Virus record (IMG/VR): IMGVR_UViG_3300017991_000056
Location: 1-64,000 of that record
Source: a virus
Taxonomy: Duplodnaviria; Caudoviricetes
Length of the DNA stretch: 64,000 nt
Reading direction: 5' to 3' (one strand)
Position 1 is the stretch's first letter, and each line of letters opens with the position of its first letter. A program made the position numbers and the translations under genes. The notes under the pieces were generated by a model. That model ran no database searches. It was not told where the DNA came from and saw nothing but the letters and a program-made list of their open reading frames with translations. Of the stretch, positions 11,978 through 21,966 are shown piece by piece.

Positions 11978-14900
11978 ATGAGCGGTTCAGCATTTCCATT
12001 GCAGAGGGTCGGCCCTCAGGGCTGGCAGGGTCTTCGTGGCTGTCAGGGTCTCGTCGGAGACCAGGGTCTTCGCGGGTTTCAAGGCAATCAGGGCGTCCAA
12101 GGTCTCCAGGGCTGGCAGGGTTGGCAGGGCAACCAGGGCGACCAGGGCCTACAGGGGACGAACCCGGGGCCGCGCGGCTTTCAGGGCCCTCAGGGCAACC
12201 AGGGCTGGCAGGGAGCTCAGGGTCCCCAGGGCCTTCGGGGCGTCCAGGGTTTCCAGGGAGCTCGTGGCCTTCAGGGTAACCAGGGCCTTCAGGGCTGGCA
12301 GGGTCCCCAGGGTCCCCAGGGCCTTCGGGGCGTCCAGGGTTTCCAGGGAGTTCGTGGCCTTCAGGGTAACCGGGGCTTTCAGGGCTGGCAGGGTCCCCAG
12401 GGCCTGCGGGGCTTCCAGGGAGCTCGTGGCTTTCAGGGTAACCAGGGCCTTCAGGGCTGGCAGGGTCCCCAGGGCCTTCGGGGCTTCCAGGGCTTCCAGG
12501 GAGCTCGTGGCTTTCAGGGCAACCAGGGCTGGCAGGGAGTTCAGGGTCCCCAGGGTTTCCAGGGCAACCAGGGCCTCCAGGGTCCTCAGGGTTCCCAGGG
12601 CAACCAGGGTCCTATTGGCATTACGGGGGTGACAAGGTTCTACGGTCTTCCCGAGACTGTGTTGCTGCTCCATATGGATGGGGTAGATGAATCAACAGAC
12701 TTCCCTGACTCTGCCCTCGGGGGGAATGCGCCTCACACGGTGACCGCAGTGGGGGATGCCCAGGTGGATACCGCCTTGAAGGAGTATGGGTCGGGATCGG
12801 CACTGTTTGATGGCAATGACTATCTGTCCGTGCCGGATAGTGACGACTGGGACTTTGGCACAGGCGACCTGACGATGGAGGCTTGGGTCTACCTGGAGGA
12901 TAACATTGCCAATAACAATGAACAGCCTGTTCTGGGCATATACGTAGACAGCAGCAACTATTGGGGCCTCTGGCACGACGGCACCACCAATGGGTGGACC
13001 TTCAAGATAAAAGTGGGGGGTGCGTACCTACTGAATGACCTTCTCAAGCAGGGAGGGTCAACCATAACCAAGCAAACCTGGACCCACGTAGCTGTTGTTC
13101 GAGATGGCAATGATTGGTATATCTATGAAGATGGCACCCAGGTTGCCTCCACCACTGGCGACATAACTTTTCCAGATTTCTCCACGACCGACCTGTACAT
13201 AGGAAGGTTTGATCGGAATAGCAACACCCATATCAAGGGCAACATCGATGAGCTGAGAGTCACGAAGGGTGTTGCCGAGTACACCGGAGCTTTTACGCCT
13301 GCCGGGCCATTCTCTCCATACCTCCAGGGCAACCAAGGCTTTCGTGGTTTCCAGGGCAACCAGGGCTGGCAGGGGATGGGTCTTCAGGGCCCGGGAGGCG
13401 CGACCGGCTCGGTTGGCGACCAGGGCGCGCAGGGCGTTGCGGGCAGTCAGGGGGTCGAGGGCGCGCAGGGCTATCAAGGGCCGCAGGGGGTCGGGGGGGA
13501 CCAGGGCTATCAAGGGCCGCAGGGTACCGCCGGAATGCAGGGTTGGGTGATGGATGAGTATGGGAACCTGCTTCCCCCCAATGACAACCAGGAAGACCTC
13601 GGCACGCAGGCGCGACGTGTGCGTTCTCTCTATCTTGGCCCGCAGAGTCTCCATCTTGGCTCCCAGACAGTCACCGAGAACGACGGCGAGCTGTATGTCG
13701 GCCTTCAGGTGATTCCCCGCATTCAGGACAGCGCCCGCGTCGGGGCCATAACGAAGGTCCTCTCGGCAGACAGGCTCGCCCCGAGAATCATTTACAACAG
13801 AAGCAACGAGATTCTCGCGACCGACAACGACAAGCTAGTCGCCGCCTACTACGATGCCAGCGGGTACGGAGGAAACGACGCCAACACCGTTCTTCTTCTC
13901 CATTTCAATGGCCCTTCGGGTTCCACCGAGATTGCCGATGACGCCCTGGGTGGGTCGGCCCCTCACGTCGTGACGGCGGTTGGCAACGCCAGAATCAGCG
14001 GTTCGCAGGTCAAGTTCGGGAGCGGCGCGATTTTCTTTGACGGTTCCGGGGACAATCTCGTCGCCGTGGACAGCCCCGACTTTGCCTTTGGCGCTGACAA
14101 CTTCGTTATCGACTTCTGGACATATGCCACTGGCTATTCGAACCAGAGGCTTTTCGGGCAGTACGAGAGCGCGGACAACTTCGTTTCGTGCTTCGTCGGC
14201 TCTGTTGGTCCGGAATTCCAGCTCAAGGTCAGTGGGGGTACCCTTATCAGTCTGTCGGATTCGGGGATTCCGTCGGCTGGCTGGCACCACTGGGCGATAC
14301 TGAGGAGTGCCAACACCTGGCGCATGATGCTGGACGGGGTGTCCATAGCGGCCACGTCGCAGGCTGGCACGTATCCAGACCTTGACGCGCCCTTCCTGAT
14401 AGGCGACGACACTCTCGGCAGCGGTACCCCGTTCTCCGGCTGGATGGACGAGTGGAGGGTTTCCTCGGACACGGACCGCGGGTGGGCTAGTGGTTTCACT
14501 CCTCCCGATCACGAGTACGAGGAGGCGGGCATCGTCCAGCGGTGGGCCATGCTGTCGACGAAGGTCACCGAGCTGGTAAAGGGTCCAGAGGGGGTCACGC
14601 CGGGCTACCTTCCGTCGTGGACGGGGAACCAGACCGTAAATCAGGGGTTTCAGGTCGTGTATCTCCTAGGGATACAGGGGAGCCAGGGGCAGGTGCCGAC
14701 CGCCCATGCCGTCACGGAGGCCATTGCCGCAGCGCAGAGTACTGGGCCGCAGGGAGCGCAAGGCTCGACAGGTGACACGGGTGCCGCGGGAGCCCAAGGA
14801 GTTGATGGTTCGCAGGGCGTTCAGGGTCCTCAGGGCCTCCGAGGTTTCCAGGGAGTTCGTGGCTTTCAGGGCTGGCAGGGCGTCCAGGGTGTTCAGGGAA

Positions 14901-15670
14901 ACCAGGGCAACCAGGGATTCCAGGGTCCTCAAGGCCTCCGTGGCTTCCAGGGTGTTCAGGGCAACCAGGGTGTTCAGGGAAACCAGGGCAACCATGGATT
15001 CCAGGGTCCGCAAGGCCTCCGTGGCTTCCAGGGTGTCCAGGGCAACCAGGGATTTCAGGGTCCGCAAGGCCTCCGTGGCTTCCAGGGTGTCCAGGGCAAC
15101 CAAGGCTGGCAGGGCGTCCAGGGTGTTCAGGGAAACCAGGGCAACCAGGGATTCCAGGGTCCTCAAGGCCTCCGTGGCTTCCAGGGTGTCCAGGGCAACC
15201 AGGGATTCCAGGGCTGGCAGGGAAACCAGGGTCCTCAGGGCAACCAGGGTTGGCAGGGATTTGGAGAAGAGGGAGTCCAGGGTCCGCAAGGGGACAAGCT
15301 GGCCATCGTCGAGACGTCGCAGGGATACCGGGCGCTCTACTGCATGGAGTCCCCGGAGGTGCTGTTCGTCGACGTGGTGAGGGTTGGGCATCGAGGCGAC
15401 CTCTCGACGCACGTGCTCGACGGGATTTTCGTGGAGGCGTGCGAGCCGGATTCCATATTCGTGATGTCGGTGGTGGCGGGGAGGCCGGTCGCTGTCTCGG
15501 CGAACGTGGAGGGCGAGATTCTGACGGTGAGGACGGAGAGGGAGGTTGACACGAAGGTGGTCGTGGCGGTAGTCGGGACGAGGAAGGGGGCCGCTGGTCG
15601 AAGGTTCGAGGGGCATACCGAGGAGGAGGCGAAGCGGAACGCCTCGTTCTGGAACGGCTGGAGGGGCTGA
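11978..15670 (+). CDS. Collagen-like fibre with two LamG/concanavalin-A-like domains and a C-terminal phage-fibre domain
   Basis: Three G-X-Q blocks; two copies of TVLLLH(M/F)(D/N)G..H.VTAVG.A....K.GSG...FDG..(D/E).W...W.H.A..R....DE.RV; C-terminal [19 protein letters not shown]. Confidence 0.85.
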   Translation: MSGSAFPLQRVGPQGWQGLRGCQGLVGDQGLRGFQGNQGVQGLQGWQGWQGNQGDQGLQGTNPGPRGFQGPQGNQGWQGAQGPQGLRGVQGFQGARGLQGNQGLQGWQGPQGPQGLRGVQGFQGVRGLQGNRGFQGWQGPQGLRGFQGARGFQGNQGLQGWQGPQGLRGFQGFQGARGFQGNQGWQGVQGPQGFQGNQGLQGPQGSQGNQGPIGITGVTRFYGLPETVLLLHMDGVDESTDFPDSALGGNAPHTVTAVGDAQVDTALKEYGSGSALFDGNDYLSVPDSDDWDFGTGDLTMEAWVYLEDNIANNNEQPVLGIYVDSSNYWGLWHDGTTNGWTFKIKVGGAYLLNDLLKQGGSTITKQTWTHVAVVRDGNDWYIYEDGTQVASTTGDITFPDFSTTDLYIGRFDRNSNTHIKGNIDELRVTKGVAEYTGAFTPAGPFSPYLQGNQGFRGFQGNQGWQGMGLQGPGGATGSVGDQGAQGVAGSQGVEGAQGYQGPQGVGGDQGYQGPQGTAGMQGWVMDEYGNLLPPNDNQEDLGTQARRVRSLYLGPQSLHLGSQTVTENDGELYVGLQVIPRIQDSARVGAITKVLSADRLAPRIIYNRSNEILATDNDKLVAAYYDASGYGGNDANTVLLLHFNGPSGSTEIADDALGGSAPHVVTAVGNARISGSQVKFGSGAIFFDGSGDNLVAVDSPDFAFGADNFVIDFWTYATGYSNQRLFGQYESADNFVSCFVGSVGPEFQLKVSGGTLISLSDSGIPSAGWHHWAILRSANTWRMMLDGVSIAATSQAGTYPDLDAPFLIGDDTLGSGTPFSGWMDEWRVSSDTDRGWASGFTPPDHEYEEAGIVQRWAMLSTKVTELVKGPEGVTPGYLPSWTGNQTVNQGFQVVYLLGIQGSQGQVPTAHAVTEAIAAAQSTGPQGAQGSTGDTGAAGAQGVDGSQGVQGPQGLRGFQGVRGFQGWQGVQGVQGNQGNQGFQGPQGLRGFQGVQGNQGVQGNQGNHGFQGPQGLRGFQGVQGNQGFQGPQGLRGFQGVQGNQGWQGVQGVQGNQGNQGFQGPQGLRGFQGVQGNQGFQGWQGNQGPQGNQGWQGFGEEGVQGPQGDKLAIVETSQGYRALYCMESPEVLFVDVVRVGHRGDLSTHVLDGIFVEACEPDSIFVMSVVAGRPVAVSANVEGEILTVRTEREVDTKVVVAVVGTRKGAAGRRFEGHTEEEAKRNASFWNGWRG

Positions 15671-15729
15671 GGTGGCCCCGAGCGTGGCGAGCTGCCCCAT
15701 GGGGCGGGCAATATGAGAAGGAGAGCGAG

Positions 15730-16800
15730 ATGATCGTGGTGACAGGATGTCCGAGGTCCGGGACGAGTCTGATGATGTTCACCCTCCGAGGGGCGCTCGG
15801 GGAGGACCGCATCATGGGGGCGGAGTTCCCCCAGGACGAGGGGCTCAAGCGCTTCTTGGAGAAGCATGAGGACGAGACCGACAGCGAGTACGACGCCAGG
15901 ATGTACGTCCGGGAGCAGAGGGTGGACCTGGGGCGGGAGGAGGAGGACAGGAGGCTCATCCGGGAGATGAACCCGAACGGCTTCTGGGAATGCCGGTATT
16001 CCGTCCAGGTGGTCGACTGGCATCTCGGGATCGAGGAGGAGTGTCTGCCTGACAAGGTGTGCAAGATCGTGAGCCAGGGTCTCGCCAGGACCGATCCGCA
16101 GTTCGTTGACAAGGTGATCTTCATGGCGAGGAGCCCGAGGCAGGTGGCCAAGTCGCAGGAGAACCTGAGGCACATGCCGGTCGGGACGATTCAGGAGCAG
16201 AGGGACATGAAGATCCACACTCCGCTGATGTTCTGCAACGTGACGGCGGCCGTGGCCATGTGGCTGAAGGCCTATCCGGACGTCCCGGTCCACATGGTCG
16301 TGTTCGACGATTTCATAGAGAGGCCGGACGAGGTCCTGGAAGGGGTTCGCGAGTTTCTCGGCGAGGGTGACTTCTCGGGCCATCCGGTCAATCCGAAGCT
16401 GAGGCGCAGCTACCCCGAGGACATCGAGCACTACCTCTGGCCCTACGCCGACCACATGTACGAGTTGCTTCTCCGCAAGGACTGGGCGGCCATTGTCGAG
16501 TATTTCCAGGAGAACGCGCGCGACATTCATAAGAAGGAGACGTCGGTCTATTGCGCCAGGAGGGCCACGCCGGCGCCCTATGGGGAGTGCGTGCTCTGCC
16601 GCGGCGACAAGCTGACCAGGGACAACTTCCGCCGGCAGGCGGAGTCGTCCGGGATCGACTGGCGCACGGAGCCCTGCATGTTCGAGTGTTTGAGCCCTTC
16701 CTGCGAGGGGCACGTCTCGATGGCCGAGAGCGTCGAGAGGAACTTCTGGGTCGAGGAGGTTCCGGCCAGGGCCGAGGGCGACAAGGCCCTGTTGGTTTGA
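15730..16800 (+). CDS. Sulfotransferase-family protein (PAPS-binding P-loop) with a Cys-rich C-terminus
   Basis: N-terminal IVVTGCPRSGTSLMM, NPNGFWE, KVIFMARSPR and VFDDFIERP match sulfotransferase motifs. Confidence 0.8.
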   Translation: MIVVTGCPRSGTSLMMFTLRGALGEDRIMGAEFPQDEGLKRFLEKHEDETDSEYDARMYVREQRVDLGREEEDRRLIREMNPNGFWECRYSVQVVDWHLGIEEECLPDKVCKIVSQGLARTDPQFVDKVIFMARSPRQVAKSQENLRHMPVGTIQEQRDMKIHTPLMFCNVTAAVAMWLKAYPDVPVHMVVFDDFIERPDEVLEGVREFLGEGDFSGHPVNPKLRRSYPEDIEHYLWPYADHMYELLLRKDWAAIVEYFQENARDIHKKETSVYCARRATPAPYGECVLCRGDKLTRDNFRRQAESSGIDWRTEPCMFECLSPSCEGHVSMAESVERNFWVEEVPARAEGDKALLV

Positions 16801-16905
16801 GGTTCGGGTGCTGCCCCGCGACCATCCGAGCGGGGAGCAGGAACGCGAACAGGCCGCTGCCGGACGATGGTCTGGCGAGGCCGTGCGGGAACTAGGAGGT
16901 CGATT

Positions 16906-17103
16906 ATGCTGGCGTGGTTCTACGACGTGGCGAAGAGGCAGAAGGTGCAGCGGCCGGTGATCGGCAAGCTGGTTGTGATGGGCAAGGACAAGAATCCCAG
17001 GTTCTCGATGGTCGGCAAGACCGTGGACGGCCGGCGCCTGGTTCTCATGGTGAGCAAGAAGGCCTACAAGCAGTCCGATGTCCCGAGGCTGAAGAGGAGG
17101 TGA
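16906..17103 (+). CDS. Small basic protein (65 aa) with a Cc1/DUF5679-like chromatin-protein pattern
   Basis: AGGAGG RBS; FYDVAKRQKV...RFSMVGKTVDGRRLVLMVSK; followed by a terminator. Confidence 0.55.
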   Translation: MLAWFYDVAKRQKVQRPVIGKLVVMGKDKNPRFSMVGKTVDGRRLVLMVSKKAYKQSDVPRLKRR

Positions 17104-17121
17104 CTTCCGGCTCCCCTTTCG

Positions 17122-17152
17122 GGCCCGCTCGAACGACGAGCGGGCCTTTTTT
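17122..17152 (+). terminator. Intrinsic terminator
   Basis: GGCCCGCTCG-aacga-CGAGCGGGCC followed by TTTTTT. Confidence 0.85.
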
Positions 17153-17181
17153 GTCGAAAGTCCGACCTGGAGGTGTATAAT
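17151..17181 (+). promoter_or_regulatory. Sigma70-like promoter
   Basis: TTGTCG ... perfect TATAAT (17176-17181) immediately after a terminator and before an AGGAGGT RBS; the spacer is long (19 bp). Confidence 0.55.
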
Positions 17182-17200
17182 AGGGCGTGACAGGTAGGAG

Positions 17201-18415
17201 GTGGATATGGCGGACATGAGGAATGTGCTTATTCGCGGCGTGGTCGAGCTGACGCGCAGCAAGGAGTTCTACGGCCATGTCGTCCAGCAGTTTGAGAAGG
17301 TTTACCTGGAGGGGGACTCCGGAATGGCCAGGAAGGTGCAGACGGCCGCTGTCGGCCGCGTTCCGGGCGACCGCTTCGTCAAGCTGTACCTGAACAAGGA
17401 CTACTTCGGGTCGATCTACGACGACCATGGCGCCGACAAGGGGTGGGAGTACGTCCTCGGGGCCATGGAGCACGAGACGTTGCACGTGGTCCTGGACCAT
17501 CTCTTCCTGGAGTTCGAGGACGAGGTGAGGGGAGGGGTCGCCGTCGACTGCGTGGTCAACCAGCTGATTCCGAAAAGCAGGGTCATGGACGCGTGGGCGC
17601 ACCCCATCAAGTACGGCCTGCCGGAAGGCAAGTCGTCGATCTGGTACTACAAGAACCTGGCCGGCAATTCCGAGTTCCAGAAGCAGCTGGCGTCGGGGGC
17701 GTTCGGGCCCGGAGGCGTCATGGAGTGGCTGAGGAGCTCGCATGGCCTGTGGGGCGACGTGGGGAAGGACGAGCTGGCCCACGAGATCATGAAGGACATA
17801 ATCCGGAAGGCGAGGGACATGTGCGACGGGAACTACGGGGACATTCCCGGGTGCGTCGCCGAGAGTATCGAGGAGCTCCTGAGGCGAAAACCTCCGAGGA
17901 TTTGCTGGGGGAGGGTCCTGAGGATGTTCTGCGCTTCCGCGATAGAGAGCGTCCTGGACTACACGATGAAGAGGGTGAGCAGGAGGTTCGGCACCCGGCC
18001 GGGGACGGTCCACGGCGACGTCCTGGACGTGGCGGTCATCGTTGACACGTCGATGTCGATCGACAAGTGGCAGGTGGCGGCCTTCTTCAACGAGATCGAG
18101 TGGATACGCCGGAACGGGGCGGTCATAACCGTCTACGAGGCGGACGCGAGCCTGAAGAGGACCTACCGCTACACCGGCAGGTTCGACGGCGAGGTTCATG
18201 GGCGTCGCGGGACGTGCCTGGACCCGGCCCTGGAGGAGGCGGAGAGGAGGCGCCACGACGCGGCGATCTACTTCACCGACTTCGAGGCGCCGGCGCTGAA
18301 GAGGAGATACGGGCTCCCCGTGCTGTGGGTCCTGACGAGGGACATGGCCAAGGAGGAGCGGCCCTGTGACTGGGGCACGGTTATCGTGCTGGACGAGCCG
18401 AGAAGGGTGGCGTGA
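17201..18415 (+). CDS. DUF2201-type metallopeptidase plus vWA domain protein
   Basis: HETLH (HExxH), AVDCVVNQLI, MIDAS VDTSMS, GRRGT and IYFTD. Confidence 0.85.
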   Translation: MDMADMRNVLIRGVVELTRSKEFYGHVVQQFEKVYLEGDSGMARKVQTAAVGRVPGDRFVKLYLNKDYFGSIYDDHGADKGWEYVLGAMEHETLHVVLDHLFLEFEDEVRGGVAVDCVVNQLIPKSRVMDAWAHPIKYGLPEGKSSIWYYKNLAGNSEFQKQLASGAFGPGGVMEWLRSSHGLWGDVGKDELAHEIMKDIIRKARDMCDGNYGDIPGCVAESIEELLRRKPPRICWGRVLRMFCASAIESVLDYTMKRVSRRFGTRPGTVHGDVLDVAVIVDTSMSIDKWQVAAFFNEIEWIRRNGAVITVYEADASLKRTYRYTGRFDGEVHGRRGTCLDPALEEAERRRHDAAIYFTDFEAPALKRRYGLPVLWVLTRDMAKEERPCDWGTVIVLDEPRRVA

Positions 18416-18813
18416 GGCATTGGGAGCATGACATGAAGACTTTGTTCGTGTGCGCGACGAGGAACATCGACAGGCACGTCGGCGAGGAGTACGACGACAT
18501 CCTGGAGGTGGAGGACCAGCCGACGACCGAGACGATCAAGCTGTGGGCCGACCGCGTGATGGACCACATCAGGAAGGTGCACGCCATGGACGCGGGGTCC
18601 GACGACCGCGGCGTCTCCGTCCATCTGGACGCGGCGAGCCCTTTCAACGCGATGCTCGTCAACCTGCAGATCAGGATGGGCCAGGACGAGGGTGTCAAGA
18701 TTGACCTGCCGTACCTTGACTCCGCGATCCGGACGACGAGCGATCCGGAGGCGTTGGCGGCGATAGGGAAGCTGGAGGCAAGGGAAAGGAGAAAGCGAGA
18801 TGGCGAGGAATAG
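18412..18813 (+). CDS. Hypothetical protein
   Basis: ORF overlaps neighbours (GTGA coupling); codon style matches neighbouring genes. Confidence 0.65.
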   Translation: MRHWEHDMKTLFVCATRNIDRHVGEEYDDILEVEDQPTTETIKLWADRVMDHIRKVHAMDAGSDDRGVSVHLDAASPFNAMLVNLQIRMGQDEGVKIDLPYLDSAIRTTSDPEALAAIGKLEARERRKRDGEE

Positions 18814-19405
18814 CGACTGGACTCAGAGCGTCGAGGTCCAGAACATCATGGAGGAGTTCGTTGACAAGTTCCCCCAGGTGTTCGAGACCTTCGATCCGCA
18901 GGGCCTTCATGTGATCCACACCCAGAAGAAGAAGAGGGGGCCGGTCGTCACGCTGCGCAGCGTGACCTATCCGAACGAGGTCTTCGTTGGGAAGCCGTAC
19001 ATCGTCGAGGTGCTGGAGGAGAGGTGGAAGGGCCTCGACAAGAAGAGGAAGCGCCTGTGGGTCTTTCGGACCATGTGCTCGATCCCGCTCGGCGGCTTCG
19101 ACCAGGAGAGCAAGTTCTACGCCAAGAAGTGCAAGCCGGACATCCAGATGTTCAGCCTGGAGTTCGCCGCGTGCGGAGGGGTTCCGAACTGGATGGAGAA
19201 TCCGGCGGCGACCGATCCGCTGGAGGTGTCGCAGGAGGAGATGACGGAGCGGGCGAAGGCGCTGGCTGCCGGCGCGGAGGCCATTCCGCCGCTGGAGGAC
19301 GCGGGGGACGACGTTGTCCCGGAAGAGGGTTCCGACGGCGTCACTAGGGTTCCGATGACCGTGGGTGACATCGTCGACGAGCCGCGGCAGAGGAAGACGG
19401 GGTGA
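18800..19405 (+). CDS. Phage metallopeptidase-like protein, apparently lacking HExxH
   Basis: YIVEVLEERWKGLDKKRKRLWVFRTMCSI..KPDIQMF follows the pattern of the putative phage metallopeptidase family, with RTMCS where HExxH is expected. Confidence 0.5.
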   Translation: MARNSDWTQSVEVQNIMEEFVDKFPQVFETFDPQGLHVIHTQKKKRGPVVTLRSVTYPNEVFVGKPYIVEVLEERWKGLDKKRKRLWVFRTMCSIPLGGFDQESKFYAKKCKPDIQMFSLEFAACGGVPNWMENPAATDPLEVSQEEMTERAKALAAGAEAIPPLEDAGDDVVPEEGSDGVTRVPMTVGDIVDEPRQRKTG

Positions 19406-20031
19406 GCAGCAAGCGAGACCTGAAGCTGGACGACCTTCGGCGCATGTCCGACATGGAGGTTCGGAACTTGAACCTCGGGCGTCGCAGGCGTCGTCGCGGG
19501 CGCTACAAGAGGCATCCGCGGGAGAAGATGTCCAGGAAGGAGCTGATTGCCTATCTCCGGAAGACGGGGATCACGACCCAGAGCGGTCTCCGGGCCAGTC
19601 GCGGGGAGGGTGATCCGACGGACTACGACTACCAGGTCGAGTTCGGGAGCTGGACGAGGGCCCGGGAGATCGCTTTCGGGATTGACCTGAGGCTGCCGGT
19701 GGACCAGGTCGACGTTGCCGAGAGCATTGTCCGCTTCAAGCTCTGGAGCAGGGAGGGGTATCTGCGCTTCAGGAATGCCCACATGTCGCTTCCGTCGTAT
19801 CACGCGATCCGGAAGAAGTGGGGTTCCTGGAGCAATCTGGTGCACGTGGCCAGGAGGGTGGCCGTGTCGGCGGCGCTTGAGAAGTACATGAGCCTGATGA
19901 GGCGTTTCGGCCGGCTGCCGACGGAGGAGGAGTGCAGGGATGCCGGGCTCTCCATGGCAGATGCCGTTGAGTTTTTCGGAAGCAAGGCCGAGATGGACGA
20001 GTACGTCTCCGGCCTCAAGGGGGTCGTATGA
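19402..20031 (+). CDS. Homing-endonuclease-associated repeat (FGSW repeat) DNA-binding protein
   Basis: Three repeats: YQVEFGSWTRAR, IRKKWGSWSNL and VEFFGSK. Confidence 0.65.
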   Translation: MSSKRDLKLDDLRRMSDMEVRNLNLGRRRRRRGRYKRHPREKMSRKELIAYLRKTGITTQSGLRASRGEGDPTDYDYQVEFGSWTRAREIAFGIDLRLPVDQVDVAESIVRFKLWSREGYLRFRNAHMSLPSYHAIRKKWGSWSNLVHVARRVAVSAALEKYMSLMRRFGRLPTEEECRDAGLSMADAVEFFGSKAEMDEYVSGLKGVV

Positions 20032-20477
20032 GAACGGAAGAGGAAGTCCTGGCGCGGTTCGACGACCTGCGGTCCAGGAGGCTCAAGGCCAGGAAGGCCA
20101 GGTACCTCTCGAGAGAGCCTATCAACTGCCGGTGGAACAGGCGCCTGCGGGTGAAGGGTGACGGGAAGGTGGGCTTCTGCGCGCATCCCATCGTCATGTC
20201 CAGGGCTGGGGACAAGGGCATCTCCGTCTGCAACGAGGACCGCGTCGCCAAGAAATGCAGGCTGTTCGACTGCGCCCATGTGCCGGAGTCCGTCGAGAAT
20301 AGTTTCGAGGAGGTGTTGCGGTCACCTTCGAGGTGCGGCAACGAATATCCGAAGCTGGCGATCCTGATTTGGTTCCTCCAGAACCAGAGGCGCCCGTCGA
20401 GAGGCGCTCGTCTGAAGGGGGCGGTGATGGACGTTGGGAGATCGCTGTGGCGCGCGGTCACGTTTGGATGGTGGTGA
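20028..20477 (+). CDS. Hypothetical Cys-rich (probably Zn-binding) protein
   Basis: ATGA overlap with the upstream gene; C/H clusters (INCRWN, FCAH, VCN, KCRLFDC). Confidence 0.65.
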   Translation: MRTEEEVLARFDDLRSRRLKARKARYLSREPINCRWNRRLRVKGDGKVGFCAHPIVMSRAGDKGISVCNEDRVAKKCRLFDCAHVPESVENSFEEVLRSPSRCGNEYPKLAILIWFLQNQRRPSRGARLKGAVMDVGRSLWRAVTFGWW

Positions 20478-21087
20478 CGTGGATGGGTGGGTCTGTCTGG
20501 TCGTAGGCGGCAGTGACCATGACAGGATGGTTGCCGAGGTCACGAGGATTTTTGGCGACGACCTGGTCGAGGTCAGGGTTGTTACGCCCCTGGACGATTC
20601 CTCCGAGTCGTATTGCCTTGTTAGGTGCCGGGACTACCTTCCGCATGTCGGCGAGCTTATGTCGTCGTCGGTGGTCCGAGCCGCGCTTCCCTCCTATGAG
20701 CGCCCCCAGCCCCTGACCGACGAAGAGGTGGAGGAGTTCTGTCTGTCGATGGAGCCGAAGGCGTCGAAGCGTCCTTGCAGGGGGGACCTCGTGAGGGTGC
20801 TGGACGGCTACCTCTCCGGCCTTTTCGGGATCGTCGCGGGGCCGGGGAAGGGGGATGGCTGGAGGGTCTTGTTCAGGTTCCACGTCAAGGATTTCGAGGA
20901 GGAGCTGATGCCGCTCCAGCTGGAAATCCTGGACAATGTGTTTCGGAGCTTGAAAATGCCCGTAACGTCTGATACGGTAGATGAAAGAGGGATGAGGGTG
21001 ATGGCGCAGGCGATGGGGGAAAAGCTCTTCATGGAATACATGGTGGAGCGTCGTGGCATCAATAAAGTACGTGGGAAGGAAAGTTGA
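20434..21087 (+). CDS. NusG-like transcription elongation/antitermination factor (true start probably ~20479)
   Basis: NGN-like N-part (W....ESYCLVR...PLTDEEVE) plus KOW motif RGDLVRVLDGYLSGLFGIV. Confidence 0.75.
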   Translation: MGDRCGARSRLDGGDVDGWVCLVVGGSDHDRMVAEVTRIFGDDLVEVRVVTPLDDSSESYCLVRCRDYLPHVGELMSSSVVRAALPSYERPQPLTDEEVEEFCLSMEPKASKRPCRGDLVRVLDGYLSGLFGIVAGPGKGDGWRVLFRFHVKDFEEELMPLQLEILDNVFRSLKMPVTSDTVDERGMRVMAQAMGEKLFMEYMVERRGINKVRGKES

Positions 21088-21646
21088 GGAGCTCGGGGCA
21101 GGCGTCCGCTTCGAGGGTGCCGTAGCCGCGCCGGGGTTCTCCGTTGAGCAGGTCCGGACGTTCAGGCCGATCATGAGCTTCCTGAACGAGAAGGACCGCG
21201 ACATCCTGCATCTGATCTTCGTCGCCGGCAAGAAGCAGAAGGAGGTGCAGCGCATCCTCGGGCGCTCTCAGCCGTCGCTCTGCTACGACATCAAGCGCAT
21301 CCGGCGCAGGCTCAAGTTCGTCTTCTACCTCCATTCCGTCTTCGACATCTTCGTCGAGTTCCTGACCAGGTCCAGGGAGGACGACTCCTTCGAGCTGGAG
21401 GAGCTTGACGTTCTCACCATGATGTTCTACACGACCTCGTTCACCCTGGCGGCCAGGGTGCTTGGAATGTCCCAGGTCCGCGTCCGTTATCTCTACGACA
21501 GGTGCCTCCGGCGCATGCGGGAGGAGGAGCTCTGGGACGTCTATGAGATATTCGTGGTGGTGAGGTCGAACCTGAACATCGTCCGAAGGCTCTATTGCCA
21601 CGAGGAGCCCGGCGTCGACCTTCGGCACGCGTTTATCCCTTATTAG
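21053..21646 (+). CDS. Sigma-70 region-4-like double-HTH transcription factor
   Basis: LNEKDRDILHLIFVAGKKQKEVQRILGRSQPSLCYDIKRIRRRL, and a second HTH AARVLGMSQVRVRYLYDRCLRRM. Confidence 0.75.
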   Translation: MASIKYVGRKVEELGAGVRFEGAVAAPGFSVEQVRTFRPIMSFLNEKDRDILHLIFVAGKKQKEVQRILGRSQPSLCYDIKRIRRRLKFVFYLHSVFDIFVEFLTRSREDDSFELEELDVLTMMFYTTSFTLAARVLGMSQVRVRYLYDRCLRRMREEELWDVYEIFVVVRSNLNIVRRLYCHEEPGVDLRHAFIPY

Positions 21647-21658
21647 GGCGCATGTGCT

Positions 21659-21677
21659 CATTTCCTTTTATATTCGC
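21659..21677 (+). promoter_or_regulatory. Phage late-promoter-like motif, copy 1
   Basis: CATTTCCTTTTATATTCGC, intergenic, ~25 bp before ATG 21702. Confidence 0.7.
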
Positions 21678-21701
21678 GGCCTTGATAGGAGGACGTGTGC
21701 A

Positions 21702-21965
21702 ATGAATGACATTTTCAAAGATTTCGTCTGGCATAGCGCCATCGGCATCGACATGGACCTCGACGGGAACAAGAAGTTCGTCACCAGGGTGGCGAACACC
21801 AAGGAGGCAAGGAGGATGTTCGTCGCTTCCGGCGACAGTCTTCTGATCCACAAGACGACCAAGGCCCTCTGGAAGTTCTCGGAGGACAACAAGTGCATAG
21901 AGCCCGTGTTCAGCGCCGACGTCCTGACGGAGGACGAGGTGCGGGAGGCCATGGAGGAGAGTTGA
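21702..21965 (+). CDS. Hypothetical protein at the start of the head/packaging operon
   Basis: AGGAGG RBS before ATG 21702. Confidence 0.7.
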   Translation: MNDIFKDFVWHSAIGIDMDLDGNKKFVTRVANTKEARRMFVASGDSLLIHKTTKALWKFSEDNKCIEPVFSADVLTEDEVREAMEES

Positions 21966-21966
21966 G

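Noticed and set aside
11978-15670. Diversity-generating retroelement target in the fibre tip
   Set aside because: No reverse transcriptase and no adenine-specific TR/VR repeat pair are visible in the window.
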